Source: Chitinophagales bacterium (lineage in GTDB: Bacteria; Bacteroidota; Bacteroidia; Chitinophagales; CAIODY01). Taken from it: a stretch of DNA of 64,000 nucleotides. A program made the translations under genes and the position numbers. The notes under the pieces are model-generated. The model was given only the letters and a program-made list of their open reading frames with translations, searched no databases and was not told the origin of the DNA. The DNA lies in assembly GCA_947449695.1 (NCBI GenBank), contig CANFST010000004.1, forward strand, positions 22,555 through 86,554, in the 5' to 3' direction. Shown in pieces: positions 56,901-64,000 of the stretch (the first letter of the stretch is position 1; the number at the start of each line of letters is the position of its first letter).

Positions 56901-58983
56901 TATGATTGATGCCAGTTTTCAAGTCTGTCACAAAAGTGCACATGTCTAAAATTTTATGTGCATGTTCTGTGAGTTGTAAACTCTCTTCTAACTTTTTTTG
57001 TGTCTCAATTAGCAGTTGCTCTTCTTTTTTCTTTTGAGTTATATCCCTTAAAGTACCAATAAATTTAACGCCCTTGCCTTTCTCAATGATTGGGTAACCA
57101 GTAATTTCGGCAATGATTTCATTGCCTTTACCAGTAATCATTCGGCGCTCTAAAGTATAAGGCGTATGTTCAAATAAATTTTTCTTTAATCGTTCAGCAG
57201 CTTCTGTTTTTTCATCAGGATGAATTAAATTCAAATAGTCGCTAAATGAAATTTGGTTTTGATTAATTGGTAACTCTAGAACATTGGCAAGATTTTGAGA
57301 AAAATAAATTGTTTTTGTTGTTAAATCTATCTGATAAGTTCCCATTTTTAAATATCCATGGGAAATTTCTGTGAGTTTGTTGTTTTCGATTAATCTTTTT
57401 TCCGTTTCAAGTAAAAACAACTCTTCTTCCTTTCGCTTTGTAATGTCTCTGAATATGCAAAATAGTTTAGTGTATTCATTGTTTTCCATCATTGGCAAAA
57501 CATTGAACTCTAAATATTTTGTATTGCCTTTGGCTGTGATTAATTTTCTTTCACGAGTAAATGATTGTCCAGTCTTTATAGCATTTTCAATATCAATTCT
57601 TGAACTATCTATATCTTCCTTGTCTAAAAATTGTCTTAAATATTCCAACGTGATAGGAGTTGGGTAATCATTTGTTTCAAATACTTTTGTGAAATCATAA
57701 TCAGTAGTAACAAATCCTGTCGTAATGTCAATGGTATAAGCAGCCATGTTTAAGTATTCGTGCGCATATCTAATCAGTTGCGCATTTTGAATATTTTTTC
57801 TTTCTGCTTCTAATAATAAAAGTTCCTCTTTTTTTCGCTTTGTAATATCTCGAAAAGTACCGACAACATGAACGCATTTACCATCTTCAAATATAGCTCT
57901 GTCTGCTATTTCAACATATTTAATATTGCCTTTGGCAGTAGTAATTTTTTTCTCCTTAATAAAAACATTACCATCACCATTTAATATTCGTTGTTCATTA
58001 GCTTTTATTTCTTCTTGGTCTTTTGCATCGAAAAAACTCATCAATGTTGGAATGGTAAATGGCTCATCGCTTTTGGGCATTTCAAAAAATTCTTGAAAAT
58101 CAAAATCAGAATGCATGATACCAGTTGCCATATCAATTTTAAATATTGTCATGTTTAAAAGGCGATGAGCCTCTCCCAACATTTTTGATTTTTCAATTAA
58201 TTTTTCCTCGGTTTTTTTAATTAAAATTTCTTCAACTTTTTTTGCTGTGATGTCTCGAATGGTGCCCAATAACTTGATGAATTTATCATTTTCCAAAATT
58301 GGTTTGCCAGTTATTTCGACATACTTAACATTCTTTTTAGGGGTAACAATTTTCCTTTCAACTTTGAATGATTGACCAGTTTTAATCAATTCACTATAAT
58401 GTTGTATAGAAATTTCTTTATCTGTTGGAGCTAAATATTGTTGGTAGTCATCAAATGTGAAAACTGTTTTCTCAGCAGGAAACTCAAACATCTCATTCAA
58501 ATTAATGGAAGTGTTGATGATTCCAGTTTGCATATCTATGTTGAAAGTACCCATGTTAAGCAGCTTGTAAGCCTCTTTCAACATCAAATCTTTATCTAAC
58601 AATTCTTTTTCAATTTGTTGGGATGATTTATTGTTCTTAAATTTTATAATGACATAATTTTGAAATTTCAACAATTGAGTATCTAAAAAAAGTTCTCCCA
58701 TTTTCTGGATTTCAGCCTTAATCAAAAACTCTTTTGCTTGCCCATTTTCAAAAACTTCTTTTGTCAATTGTACCAAATCATCATTCAGTAATTCAGGAAA
58801 AAAATCCTGAGGTTTCACATATAAAGGCTTGGAGGCTTTAATTTTAAAATGCTCTCGAAATCTGTCATTCAGATAAACCACCTGAATTTCTGGTTCAACA
58901 TTTTTGCTTTTTACTTGTTTGCAAATACAAATACAGTGTGTAGATTGATTAAAATAAGATAGGGTTTCGGCATTCAGTTTCAT
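53899..58983 (-). CDS. cytoplasmic hybrid sensor histidine kinase/response regulator with ~9-10 tandem PAS modules
   Basis: HisKA H-box SHEIRTPLNAVIGMSNLL. HATPase motifs DTGIGIP and GGTGLGLTITKKL. REC domain ILLVEDNHINK...DLILMDLHMPEMSG...KPF. The upstream PAS modules are periodic, each ending in GTFRDIT.(K/R)K. No TM segment is evident. Confidence 0.85.
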   Translation of the reverse strand: MKLNAETLSYFNQSTHCICICKQVKSKNVEPEIQVVYLNDRFREHFKIKASKPLYVKPQDFFPELLNDDLVQLTKEVFENGQAKEFLIKAEIQKMGELFLDTQLLKFQNYVIIKFKNNKSSQQIEKELLDKDLMLKEAYKLLNMGTFNIDMQTGIINTSINLNEMFEFPAEKTVFTFDDYQQYLAPTDKEISIQHYSELIKTGQSFKVERKIVTPKKNVKYVEITGKPILENDKFIKLLGTIRDITAKKVEEILIKKTEEKLIEKSKMLGEAHRLLNMTIFKIDMATGIMHSDFDFQEFFEMPKSDEPFTIPTLMSFFDAKDQEEIKANEQRILNGDGNVFIKEKKITTAKGNIKYVEIADRAIFEDGKCVHVVGTFRDITKRKKEELLLLEAERKNIQNAQLIRYAHEYLNMAAYTIDITTGFVTTDYDFTKVFETNDYPTPITLEYLRQFLDKEDIDSSRIDIENAIKTGQSFTRERKLITAKGNTKYLEFNVLPMMENNEYTKLFCIFRDITKRKEEELFLLETEKRLIENNKLTEISHGYLKMGTYQIDLTTKTIYFSQNLANVLELPINQNQISFSDYLNLIHPDEKTEAAERLKKNLFEHTPYTLERRMITGKGNEIIAEITGYPIIEKGKGVKFIGTLRDITQKKKEEQLLIETQKKLEESLQLTEHAHKILDMCTFVTDLKTGINHTNYDFSIVYELSEKKPYYTIQDYYKYLSPEDKIAAAENLKELVNQGKPFSSERKIITEKGNTKFIELTGQPIYENGIVTKFLGTFRNITERKLAEIKLQETEKKLSNTLKMLNEAHELLDMGAYTVDLITKKITSELNINELYDLPEDTIEFTLDDYFKYIQKDEQKESKETFVQLIEHGTPFTKDRRITTAKGIDKYVEITGNPVYENGKVTKITGTFRNITARKQQEINLINTEIKLLEAQNMLRMGNFEMDLLQGKIEHSPELCDILEFEEPVMMQSVSDFIDCVHPDEKIETGIYIKSLIEGKLIGNKVDRKMLTRNGNVRYLEIVSKVVFKDGVAEKLLGTFRDITEKKLQEIWMEENQQRLKEASLLLRNGTFSLDMETKFVTVSDEVLEILNNKLPKQFSATEFFNYLPETTRLAYYNAFIEKLENNLPVKEIVKLKFADKTHRYFEVTGKLSDDKKFYKGNFQDVTEQHEKDKALHQSEERFRMLFENTPSMYFIMDEQGTIVSVNQFGADTLGYKKTDLIDQYHSILFHPSDKYSVAKNLELLKLSPKNYMQWEARKIKKSGEIIWVKETARITKNQKGENIYLIVCEDITSEVQNRILVNKKQTELIKAKEKAEMAATEKLHFTSIMSHEIRTPLNAVIGMSNLLLMENPREDQISELNTLKFSAENLLLLVNDVLDYSKIEAGKVDLEKSPFEIRQLIYNIRSSYKFKADSKEIFINTFIDNEIPNMLLGDVMRLGQVLNNLISNAIKFTDKGFVEISLRKIQHVKDAEVKIRFEVIDTGIGIPKEKRQLIFDSFSQAALDTSRRFGGTGLGLTITKKLIQLFGSEIYVESEIDKGSTFYFDLVFEVAPQQKFSVIEIDGIKNDLSASRKILLVEDNHINKIVATKFLNKWNLNVETAINGKEALKKLDANHYDLILMDLHMPEMSGLEACRIIRNHENESLKNIPIIALTAAAIDNEKEKVLSEGMNDYISKPFNPEELKEKIFKHLS

Positions 58984-59089
58984 GAGTGAATTGGGATTTA
59001 TGAGCCGTTAAAAAATGGAATAGCTTTCCAAATTTAGGAATTAATTTACAAATAGGCCATAAATTAAAAATTAATTTTAGTTGAATAAT

Positions 59090-59728
59090 TTATCTCCAAC
59101 TCAAACAAAATTCATCTTCAAATTTCGTTTGTACTTTTACATCGTCATAGAATGCAGTATTCATCAATATTTCAGCAGCTTCAAGTTTTTTTAATAACAT
59201 ATCTTGTTTAAACTCAACGCTGTCTTTACCCATCCATTTAAAAACAGTTTCTTTAACACACCATATCATGCTGTACCATTTTAGTTTTTCGTTTTCACTA
59301 CTAAAATGATTTTTCAATAACACAATTTCTTCATCGTTCAAAAATTTGTCTGCCACTCTGAAAATTTTTTCAGTGGGACAAAAAATATCAATCCCCACTT
59401 TATTTTTGGAAATAATTACCGCTGCCCAGTTTTCATCGTGTGAAATAGAAATTTGTAAATTAGAATTTCTGATAAAAGGTCTTCTATCTTCAGCATTTGC
59501 AAATTGCGAAGCATCAAAAATATTGGTGAGCAATGCAGCCACATAACGGCTTGCAGCAAATTGTAGTTTCCGTTTTTCACTTTTTATTTGATGAAAATCA
59601 TTTTGCCAATTCGATAATTTTTCTTCAAAAAAAATTATCGGTTCAGTAATTTTCCAAACCATCAAATGAGAATAAGCAGTTTTTATTTCTAAATGTTGTG
59701 GCATTATTTCGTCAAAATTATCAATCAC
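59090..59728 (-). CDS. 4'-phosphopantetheinyl transferase (Sfp-type)
   Basis: ISISH...GIDI and the WCVKETVFKW motif (W/F-x-x-K-E-x-x-x-K). Confidence 0.68.
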   Translation of the reverse strand: MIDNFDEIMPQHLEIKTAYSHLMVWKITEPIIFFEEKLSNWQNDFHQIKSEKRKLQFAASRYVAALLTNIFDASQFANAEDRRPFIRNSNLQISISHDENWAAVIISKNKVGIDIFCPTEKIFRVADKFLNDEEIVLLKNHFSSENEKLKWYSMIWCVKETVFKWMGKDSVEFKQDMLLKKLEAAEILMNTAFYDDVKVQTKFEDEFCLSWR

Positions 59729-59769
59729 AATTCATTTACTCTATTTTTGCAACTCAATTAATTTTCAAA

Positions 59770-61296
59770 GTGGCTTTACACGTTTATAATTCACTCACTC
59801 GTCAGAAGGAAAAGTTTGAACCCATTCATGCACCACATGTGGGTTTGTACGTATGCGGACCAACCGTTTACAGCGAACCACATGTTGGAAATTTGAGAAC
59901 ATTTTGTTCGTTTGATATGATTTATCGCTACCTCACTTATTCAGGTTATAAGGTTCGTTATGTCCGCAATATCACTGATGCTGGGCATTTGACGAACGAA
60001 CGTGGCGAAGGTGTGAACAGAATGGAAGCTGCTGCAAAATTGGAAAGCATCGAACCAATGGAAATCGTGCAAAAATATACGGTGAGTTTTCATCGCATCA
60101 TGGATGCTTTCAACACGATTCCTCCAACAATTGAACCCACAGCAACAGGGCATATCATTGAACAAATTGAAATGATTGAAACATTGTTGAAAAATGGTTT
60201 TGCGTATGAAGTGAATGGCTCAATTTATTTTGATGTAAAAAAATATAACGCTGAACATGGCTATGGTGCTTTATCTGGAAGAAATATAGATGAGTTGATT
60301 GCTGGCTATAGGGATTTGGATGGACAAGATGAAAAGCGAAATTCAATTGATTTTGCCTTATGGAAAAAAGCATCGCCCGAACATATCATGCAGTGGAATA
60401 GCCCGTGGGGAAAGGGTTTCCCAGGCTGGCATTTAGAGTGTTCAGCCATGAGTACAAAATATTTGGGCGAAACTTTTGATATTCATGGTGGTGGAATGGA
60501 TTTGAAATTTCCGCATCATGAGTGTGAAATTGCACAAAACGTTGGAAGCTGCAATCATGGTGGTGCCAAGTATTGGTTGCATACCAACATGCTCAATTTC
60601 AATGGACAAAAAATGAGTAAGAGTTTGGGAAATTCAATTTTGCCCATGGAATTTGTGAATGGAAATCATCCGCTTTTAGATAAAGGTTATGCGCCGAGTG
60701 TGTTGAGGTTTTTGTTTTTGCAATCACATTATTCTGCTGAATTGGATATTAATATTAAAGGATTGCAAGATGCTGAAAAAGGCTTGCAAAAACTGATGAA
60801 TGCTTATGAGTTTTTAAAGGGTGGTAAATTAGCAGATTCAAAGGTTATTACTTTGGAAAACGAAAAAAACAGAAATCCGTTGTTACAAAATCTTGCAGAT
60901 ATTGAACTTAACAAACTATGTGACGACTGTGAAAAATTCATGAATGATGATTTTAATACCCCAATGGTTATTGCCAATTTATTTGAAATAAGCAGCAAAG
61001 TACATGCAATTAAAAACAATCAAATTCCTGCCGCCAATTATTTTAGAGCGACTTTTGAAAAAATGGAAAAAACTTTGGAAGATTATTTATTTGATGTGTT
61101 TGGATTGAAAAATGAAAACACGAATGCTGGCAACAATAAATTAGATGATGCTTTACAGGTTTTAATCCAACTTCGCAAAGAAGCCAAAGCAAAAAGAGAT
61201 TTTGCAACCAGCGATGCCATCAGAAATCAACTAGTTGAAAAAGGAATTCAATTAAAAGATGAAAAAGACGGAACAGTAAGTTGGTCAACTATTTAA
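59770..61296 (+). CDS. cysS: cysteine--tRNA ligase
   Basis: Class I HIGH-type motif [10 protein letters not shown] and KMSKS (QKMSKSLGN). I prefer the GTG at 59770 ((M)[17 protein letters not shown]) over the track start at 59698, which overlaps the divergent gene. Confidence 0.9.
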   Translation: MALHVYNSLTRQKEKFEPIHAPHVGLYVCGPTVYSEPHVGNLRTFCSFDMIYRYLTYSGYKVRYVRNITDAGHLTNERGEGVNRMEAAAKLESIEPMEIVQKYTVSFHRIMDAFNTIPPTIEPTATGHIIEQIEMIETLLKNGFAYEVNGSIYFDVKKYNAEHGYGALSGRNIDELIAGYRDLDGQDEKRNSIDFALWKKASPEHIMQWNSPWGKGFPGWHLECSAMSTKYLGETFDIHGGGMDLKFPHHECEIAQNVGSCNHGGAKYWLHTNMLNFNGQKMSKSLGNSILPMEFVNGNHPLLDKGYAPSVLRFLFLQSHYSAELDINIKGLQDAEKGLQKLMNAYEFLKGGKLADSKVITLENEKNRNPLLQNLADIELNKLCDDCEKFMNDDFNTPMVIANLFEISSKVHAIKNNQIPAANYFRATFEKMEKTLEDYLFDVFGLKNENTNAGNNKLDDALQVLIQLRKEAKAKRDFATSDAIRNQLVEKGIQLKDEKDGTVSWSTI

Positions 61297-61349
61297 ATCA
61301 AACTTTCATTCATCGTAAATGTTTTATTAAATTATCTTTGAGCCGCATT

Positions 61350-61694
61350 ATGCAAATAGAAATTTTAAAATCAAAAATTCATCGAGCTACTGTAACAGAT
61401 GCTAATTTGAATTATGTAGGAAGTATCACTATTGATGAAGCATTGATGAATGCTGCTAATTTAATTGAACATGAAAAAGTTCAAGTGGTTAATAACAACA
61501 ATGGCGAACGTTTTGAAACATACATTATCAAAGGCGAACGCAATAGCGGTGTGATTTGCTTGAATGGTGCCGCAGCCCGAAAGGTGCAACCAGGCGATGT
61601 TGTGATCATTGTGAGTTATGCTACAATGGATTTTGAATTAGCTAAAAACTTCAAACCAAGCGTTATTTTTCCAGACTCAAAAAACAAAATTTAG
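61350..61694 (+). CDS. panD: aspartate 1-decarboxylase
   Basis: I prefer the ATG at 61350. [33 protein letters not shown] contains the G-S self-cleavage site. Confidence 0.9.
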   Translation: MQIEILKSKIHRATVTDANLNYVGSITIDEALMNAANLIEHEKVQVVNNNNGERFETYIIKGERNSGVICLNGAAARKVQPGDVVIIVSYATMDFELAKNFKPSVIFPDSKNKI

Positions 61695-61704
61695 TTTTCA
61701 TTTT

Positions 61705-62712
61705 ATGAATAAACGCATCAAAACTATTCTGCAGTTTGTAATTTTTTTACTCTTAGGAATAGGAATTGTTTGGTGGATTTTTCACAAAATGAGTGATGAA
61801 CAATTGGCACAATGCAAAAATGCTTTGTTGAATGCCAACCCATATTTAATTGCTGTAGCCTTTTGCTGTGGCTTATTAGCGCATTTCTTCAGAGCTTTGC
61901 GCTGGAAATTATTGATGGAACCATTAGGTTATCATCCAAAAATAACGAACACTTATGCGGCGGTTTTAATTGGTTATTTAGCCAATTTGGCTTTTCCCAG
62001 ATTGGGCGAAGTAACACGATGTGGAGTTCTAACGAAGTACGAAGAAATACCTTTTGAAAAAAATTTTGGAACTGTCATCGCCGAAAGAATTTTTGATACG
62101 CTATGTTGGTTGGTATTGGTTGTAATAACTGTATTGATTGAGTTCGACAGAATTTATGCTTATTTCAAAACAACAATTATTGATGCCATTGTAATGAAAT
62201 GGCAAAACAGCAGCAACTTGAAATGGTTGCTGGTTGTAGCTTTCATTATTTTTTGTGTAATTGGATTTCTTGTCGTTAAAAAAATATTGAATAAAAACGA
62301 AAAGATAAAATCGTTTTTAGATGGTTTGGGCAGCGGCTTAAAAGCGATTTTAAATTTGAAAAAAAAATCAGCATTTTTTCTATACACCATTTTAATTTGG
62401 GGCAGTTATGTTTTCACTCAATACATTGGTTTGTTATGTGTACATGAAACATCACATCTTACTATTTTCGCTGCTTTAACCTGCATGTCGTTTGGGAGTT
62501 TTGGCTTCATTTTGCCTACGCAAGGCGGCTTGGGTGGTTATCATGCTATCATTCCACAAGTATTAAAATTATACAACATCCCCGAAGGAATTGGCTTGGC
62601 ATCAGCCTGGGTAAATTGGGGAGTTCAACAAATTGCTGTGGTGATTGGCGGATTTTTATCTTTCATTTTCTTGCCTATTCTTAATAAAAACAAATCGAAT
62701 GAACACGTTTGA
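61705..62712 (+). CDS. flippase-like / lysylphosphatidylglycerol-synthase TM-region (UPF0104) membrane protein
   Basis: 335 aa with about 8 TM helices. FFRALRWKLLMEPLG and FPRLGEVTRCGVL are typical of the family. Confidence 0.65.
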   Translation: MNKRIKTILQFVIFLLLGIGIVWWIFHKMSDEQLAQCKNALLNANPYLIAVAFCCGLLAHFFRALRWKLLMEPLGYHPKITNTYAAVLIGYLANLAFPRLGEVTRCGVLTKYEEIPFEKNFGTVIAERIFDTLCWLVLVVITVLIEFDRIYAYFKTTIIDAIVMKWQNSSNLKWLLVVAFIIFCVIGFLVVKKILNKNEKIKSFLDGLGSGLKAILNLKKKSAFFLYTILIWGSYVFTQYIGLLCVHETSHLTIFAALTCMSFGSFGFILPTQGGLGGYHAIIPQVLKLYNIPEGIGLASAWVNWGVQQIAVVIGGFLSFIFLPILNKNKSNEHV

Positions 62713-63109
62713 TAAAATTGAACATATTGGCATTGCAGTTAAAAATTTAGAAGAAAGTAACCTGCTCTATGCAAAAATTTTAAATACACCATGCTATAAA
62801 GTGGAAGAAGTTGAATCGGAAGGTGTTAAAACATCATTCTTTGAAAACGGCCCTAATAAAATCGAGCTGCTACAAGCCACCAGAGCCGATTCACCTATTG
62901 CTAAGTTTATCGAAAAAAAGGGTGAAGGAATACATCACATTGCATTTTCGGTAAAAAATATTAGAGAAGAAATGCAACGATTAAAGGCTGAAGGTTGTCT
63001 TTTATTGAACGAAGTGCCAAAGGTGGGTGCTGACAACAAATTGGTTTGTTTCATTCATCCAAAATCGTCAAATGGGGTGTTAATTGAACTGTGTCAGGAT
63101 ACAAATTAA
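62699..63109 (+). CDS. methylmalonyl-CoA epimerase (VOC/glyoxalase family)
   Basis: I prefer the ATG at 62699. IEHIGIAVKNLEES...GEGIHHIAFSV...GVLIELCQ is typical of the family. Confidence 0.82.
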   Translation: MNTFDKIEHIGIAVKNLEESNLLYAKILNTPCYKVEEVESEGVKTSFFENGPNKIELLQATRADSPIAKFIEKKGEGIHHIAFSVKNIREEMQRLKAEGCLLLNEVPKVGADNKLVCFIHPKSSNGVLIELCQDTN

Positions 63110-63210
63110 CAGTTGATAGTTGGTATTTTATAAAGTGACAGAAAAACTTAGTAAAAACCTCACACTACTTTTAGGGTTAAGAAAAATTTTCTTCAAATAT
63201 ATTTTATCTT

Positions 63211-63627
63211 ATGAAACAAAAAAAATCATTAGTGGCCATTCTTGCATACATAGCCGCTGCTATCTTCGTGGTTAATGGTATCTGCAAAATCTTAAACATT
63301 TTGCCTGATTTTGATTTTATGGAAAAAATGAATTTCTCAAAACCAGGTTCTCATAATCAAACAGCTGCCATTATTGTTGGCATTTTAGAAATCGCTGGGG
63401 CAATTGGTTTAACGCTTCAATCTTCAAGAGCCACAGTTAGTTTTCTATTAATATTATTAGTGGTAGGAGCTATCGGTTCCGAAATTGGAGCTGGCTTTCA
63501 AATAACTAAAGTATTATTGCCTGCCGCTGTTTTTGTTTTGTTAGCTGCCATTGCTTATTATGATAATATGATTGCAGCCGAAGAGGAAGAAGAAGCAATA
63601 GAACATCGTTTCGACAACGCCAAATAA
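63211..63627 (+). CDS. small membrane protein (DoxX-like?) with an acidic C-terminal tail
   Basis: 138 aa with 3-4 TM helices, ending in AAEEEEEAIEHRFDNAK. The family assignment is uncertain. Confidence 0.4.
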   Translation: MKQKKSLVAILAYIAAAIFVVNGICKILNILPDFDFMEKMNFSKPGSHNQTAAIIVGILEIAGAIGLTLQSSRATVSFLLILLVVGAIGSEIGAGFQITKVLLPAAVFVLLAAIAYYDNMIAAEEEEEAIEHRFDNAK

Positions 63628-63680
63628 TTATTTAGAGCGTTAAACTTTTTATCCGAAATTTTATCTACCTTATTTATTAT

Positions 63681-63709
63681 CGAAACAATTTATGTTTCGG
63701 TTATTTTTT
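63681..63709 (+). terminator. rho-independent terminator candidate
   Basis: CGAAACA (63681-63687) pairs with TGTTTCG (63693-63699), followed by GTTATTTTTT. Confidence 0.45.
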
Positions 63710-63747
63710 GTTGTAAAAAAACTACTTTTACTTTTTTGAAACACCCA

Positions 63748-64000
63748 ATGCTTAAAAGGCTTACAACCATTTGCTTTATTTTTATTTCTGTCTCATCAAC
63801 ATTTGCACAAACAAAGAAATTGAGTGGGAAGATTATTGACCAACACACCCAAGAACCCATAGAATTTGCTACAATTTATCTGAAAGGCACTACCAATGGT
63901 GCAACTGCGGATGCTTCGGGCAGTTTTAGTTTATTGTATAATGAAAAATGTGATTCAGTTGAATTTTCATCAGTTGGATACAATAAAATAAAAATGAAAT
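63748..64000 (+). CDS. carboxypeptidase-regulatory-like domain protein (TonB-dependent receptor / DUF5686-like N-terminus), 3' end cut by window edge
   Basis: Not in the ORF track because no stop lies in the window. MLKRLTTICFIFISVSSTFAQTKKLSGKIIDQHTQEPIEFATIYLKGTTNGATADASGSFSL is the CarboxypepD_reg pattern following a signal peptide. Confidence 0.6.
   Translation, partial: MLKRLTTICFIFISVSSTFAQTKKLSGKIIDQHTQEPIEFATIYLKGTTNGATADASGSFSLLYNEKCDSVEFSSVGYNKIKMK

Overview
This is a low-GC chromosomal window that looks like Bacteroidota. The evidence is several T9SS C-terminal sorting domains, TTG-N20-TAnnTTTG promoter-like motifs and a tmRNA tag ending in AMAA. About 60 genes are tightly packed and most are housekeeping: a partial 2-oxoacid dehydrogenase E2, recJ, rny, a CcmF-like heme lyase, gatC, plsC, psd, queA, rpiB, dnaN, ybeY, radA, ruvA, pheS, frr, ssrA (tmRNA), kynU, kmo, cysS and panD. 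There is also an ECF sigma/anti-sigma/OM-barrel triad, a PorV/PorQ-family protein with three T9SS cargo genes, and a 1694-aa multi-PAS hybrid histidine kinase. I saw no rRNA, tRNA, CRISPR array, transposase or integrase. All protein calls rest on motifs recognised by eye in the supplied translations; no searches were run. The most unusual region is a ~600-bp gene-free, locally GC-rich spacer at 30657-31252. It holds eight exactly 21-nt-phased TTTCC...GGAAA dyad units, two perfect 10-bp hairpins with complementary loops, four mutually complementary GC-rich segments and an unannotated 43-codon ORF. This could be a structured ncRNA or a regulatory array. A second unusual region is a mosaic around the kynurenine genes at 48.4-52.3 kb. 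It contains a four-helix-bundle (23S-IVS-type) gene bracketed by 31-nt inverted repeats between kynU and kmo, an orphan protein with an RSRIVH (Rx4H) motif and a zinc ribbon, and a 63-bp direct repeat (a relic gene start) flanking a TauE gene. Smaller items are an in-frame amber codon in a 7-blade propeller T9SS cargo gene, a DUF4160/DUF2442 two-gene cassette, and a promoter-plus-terminator micro-unit.
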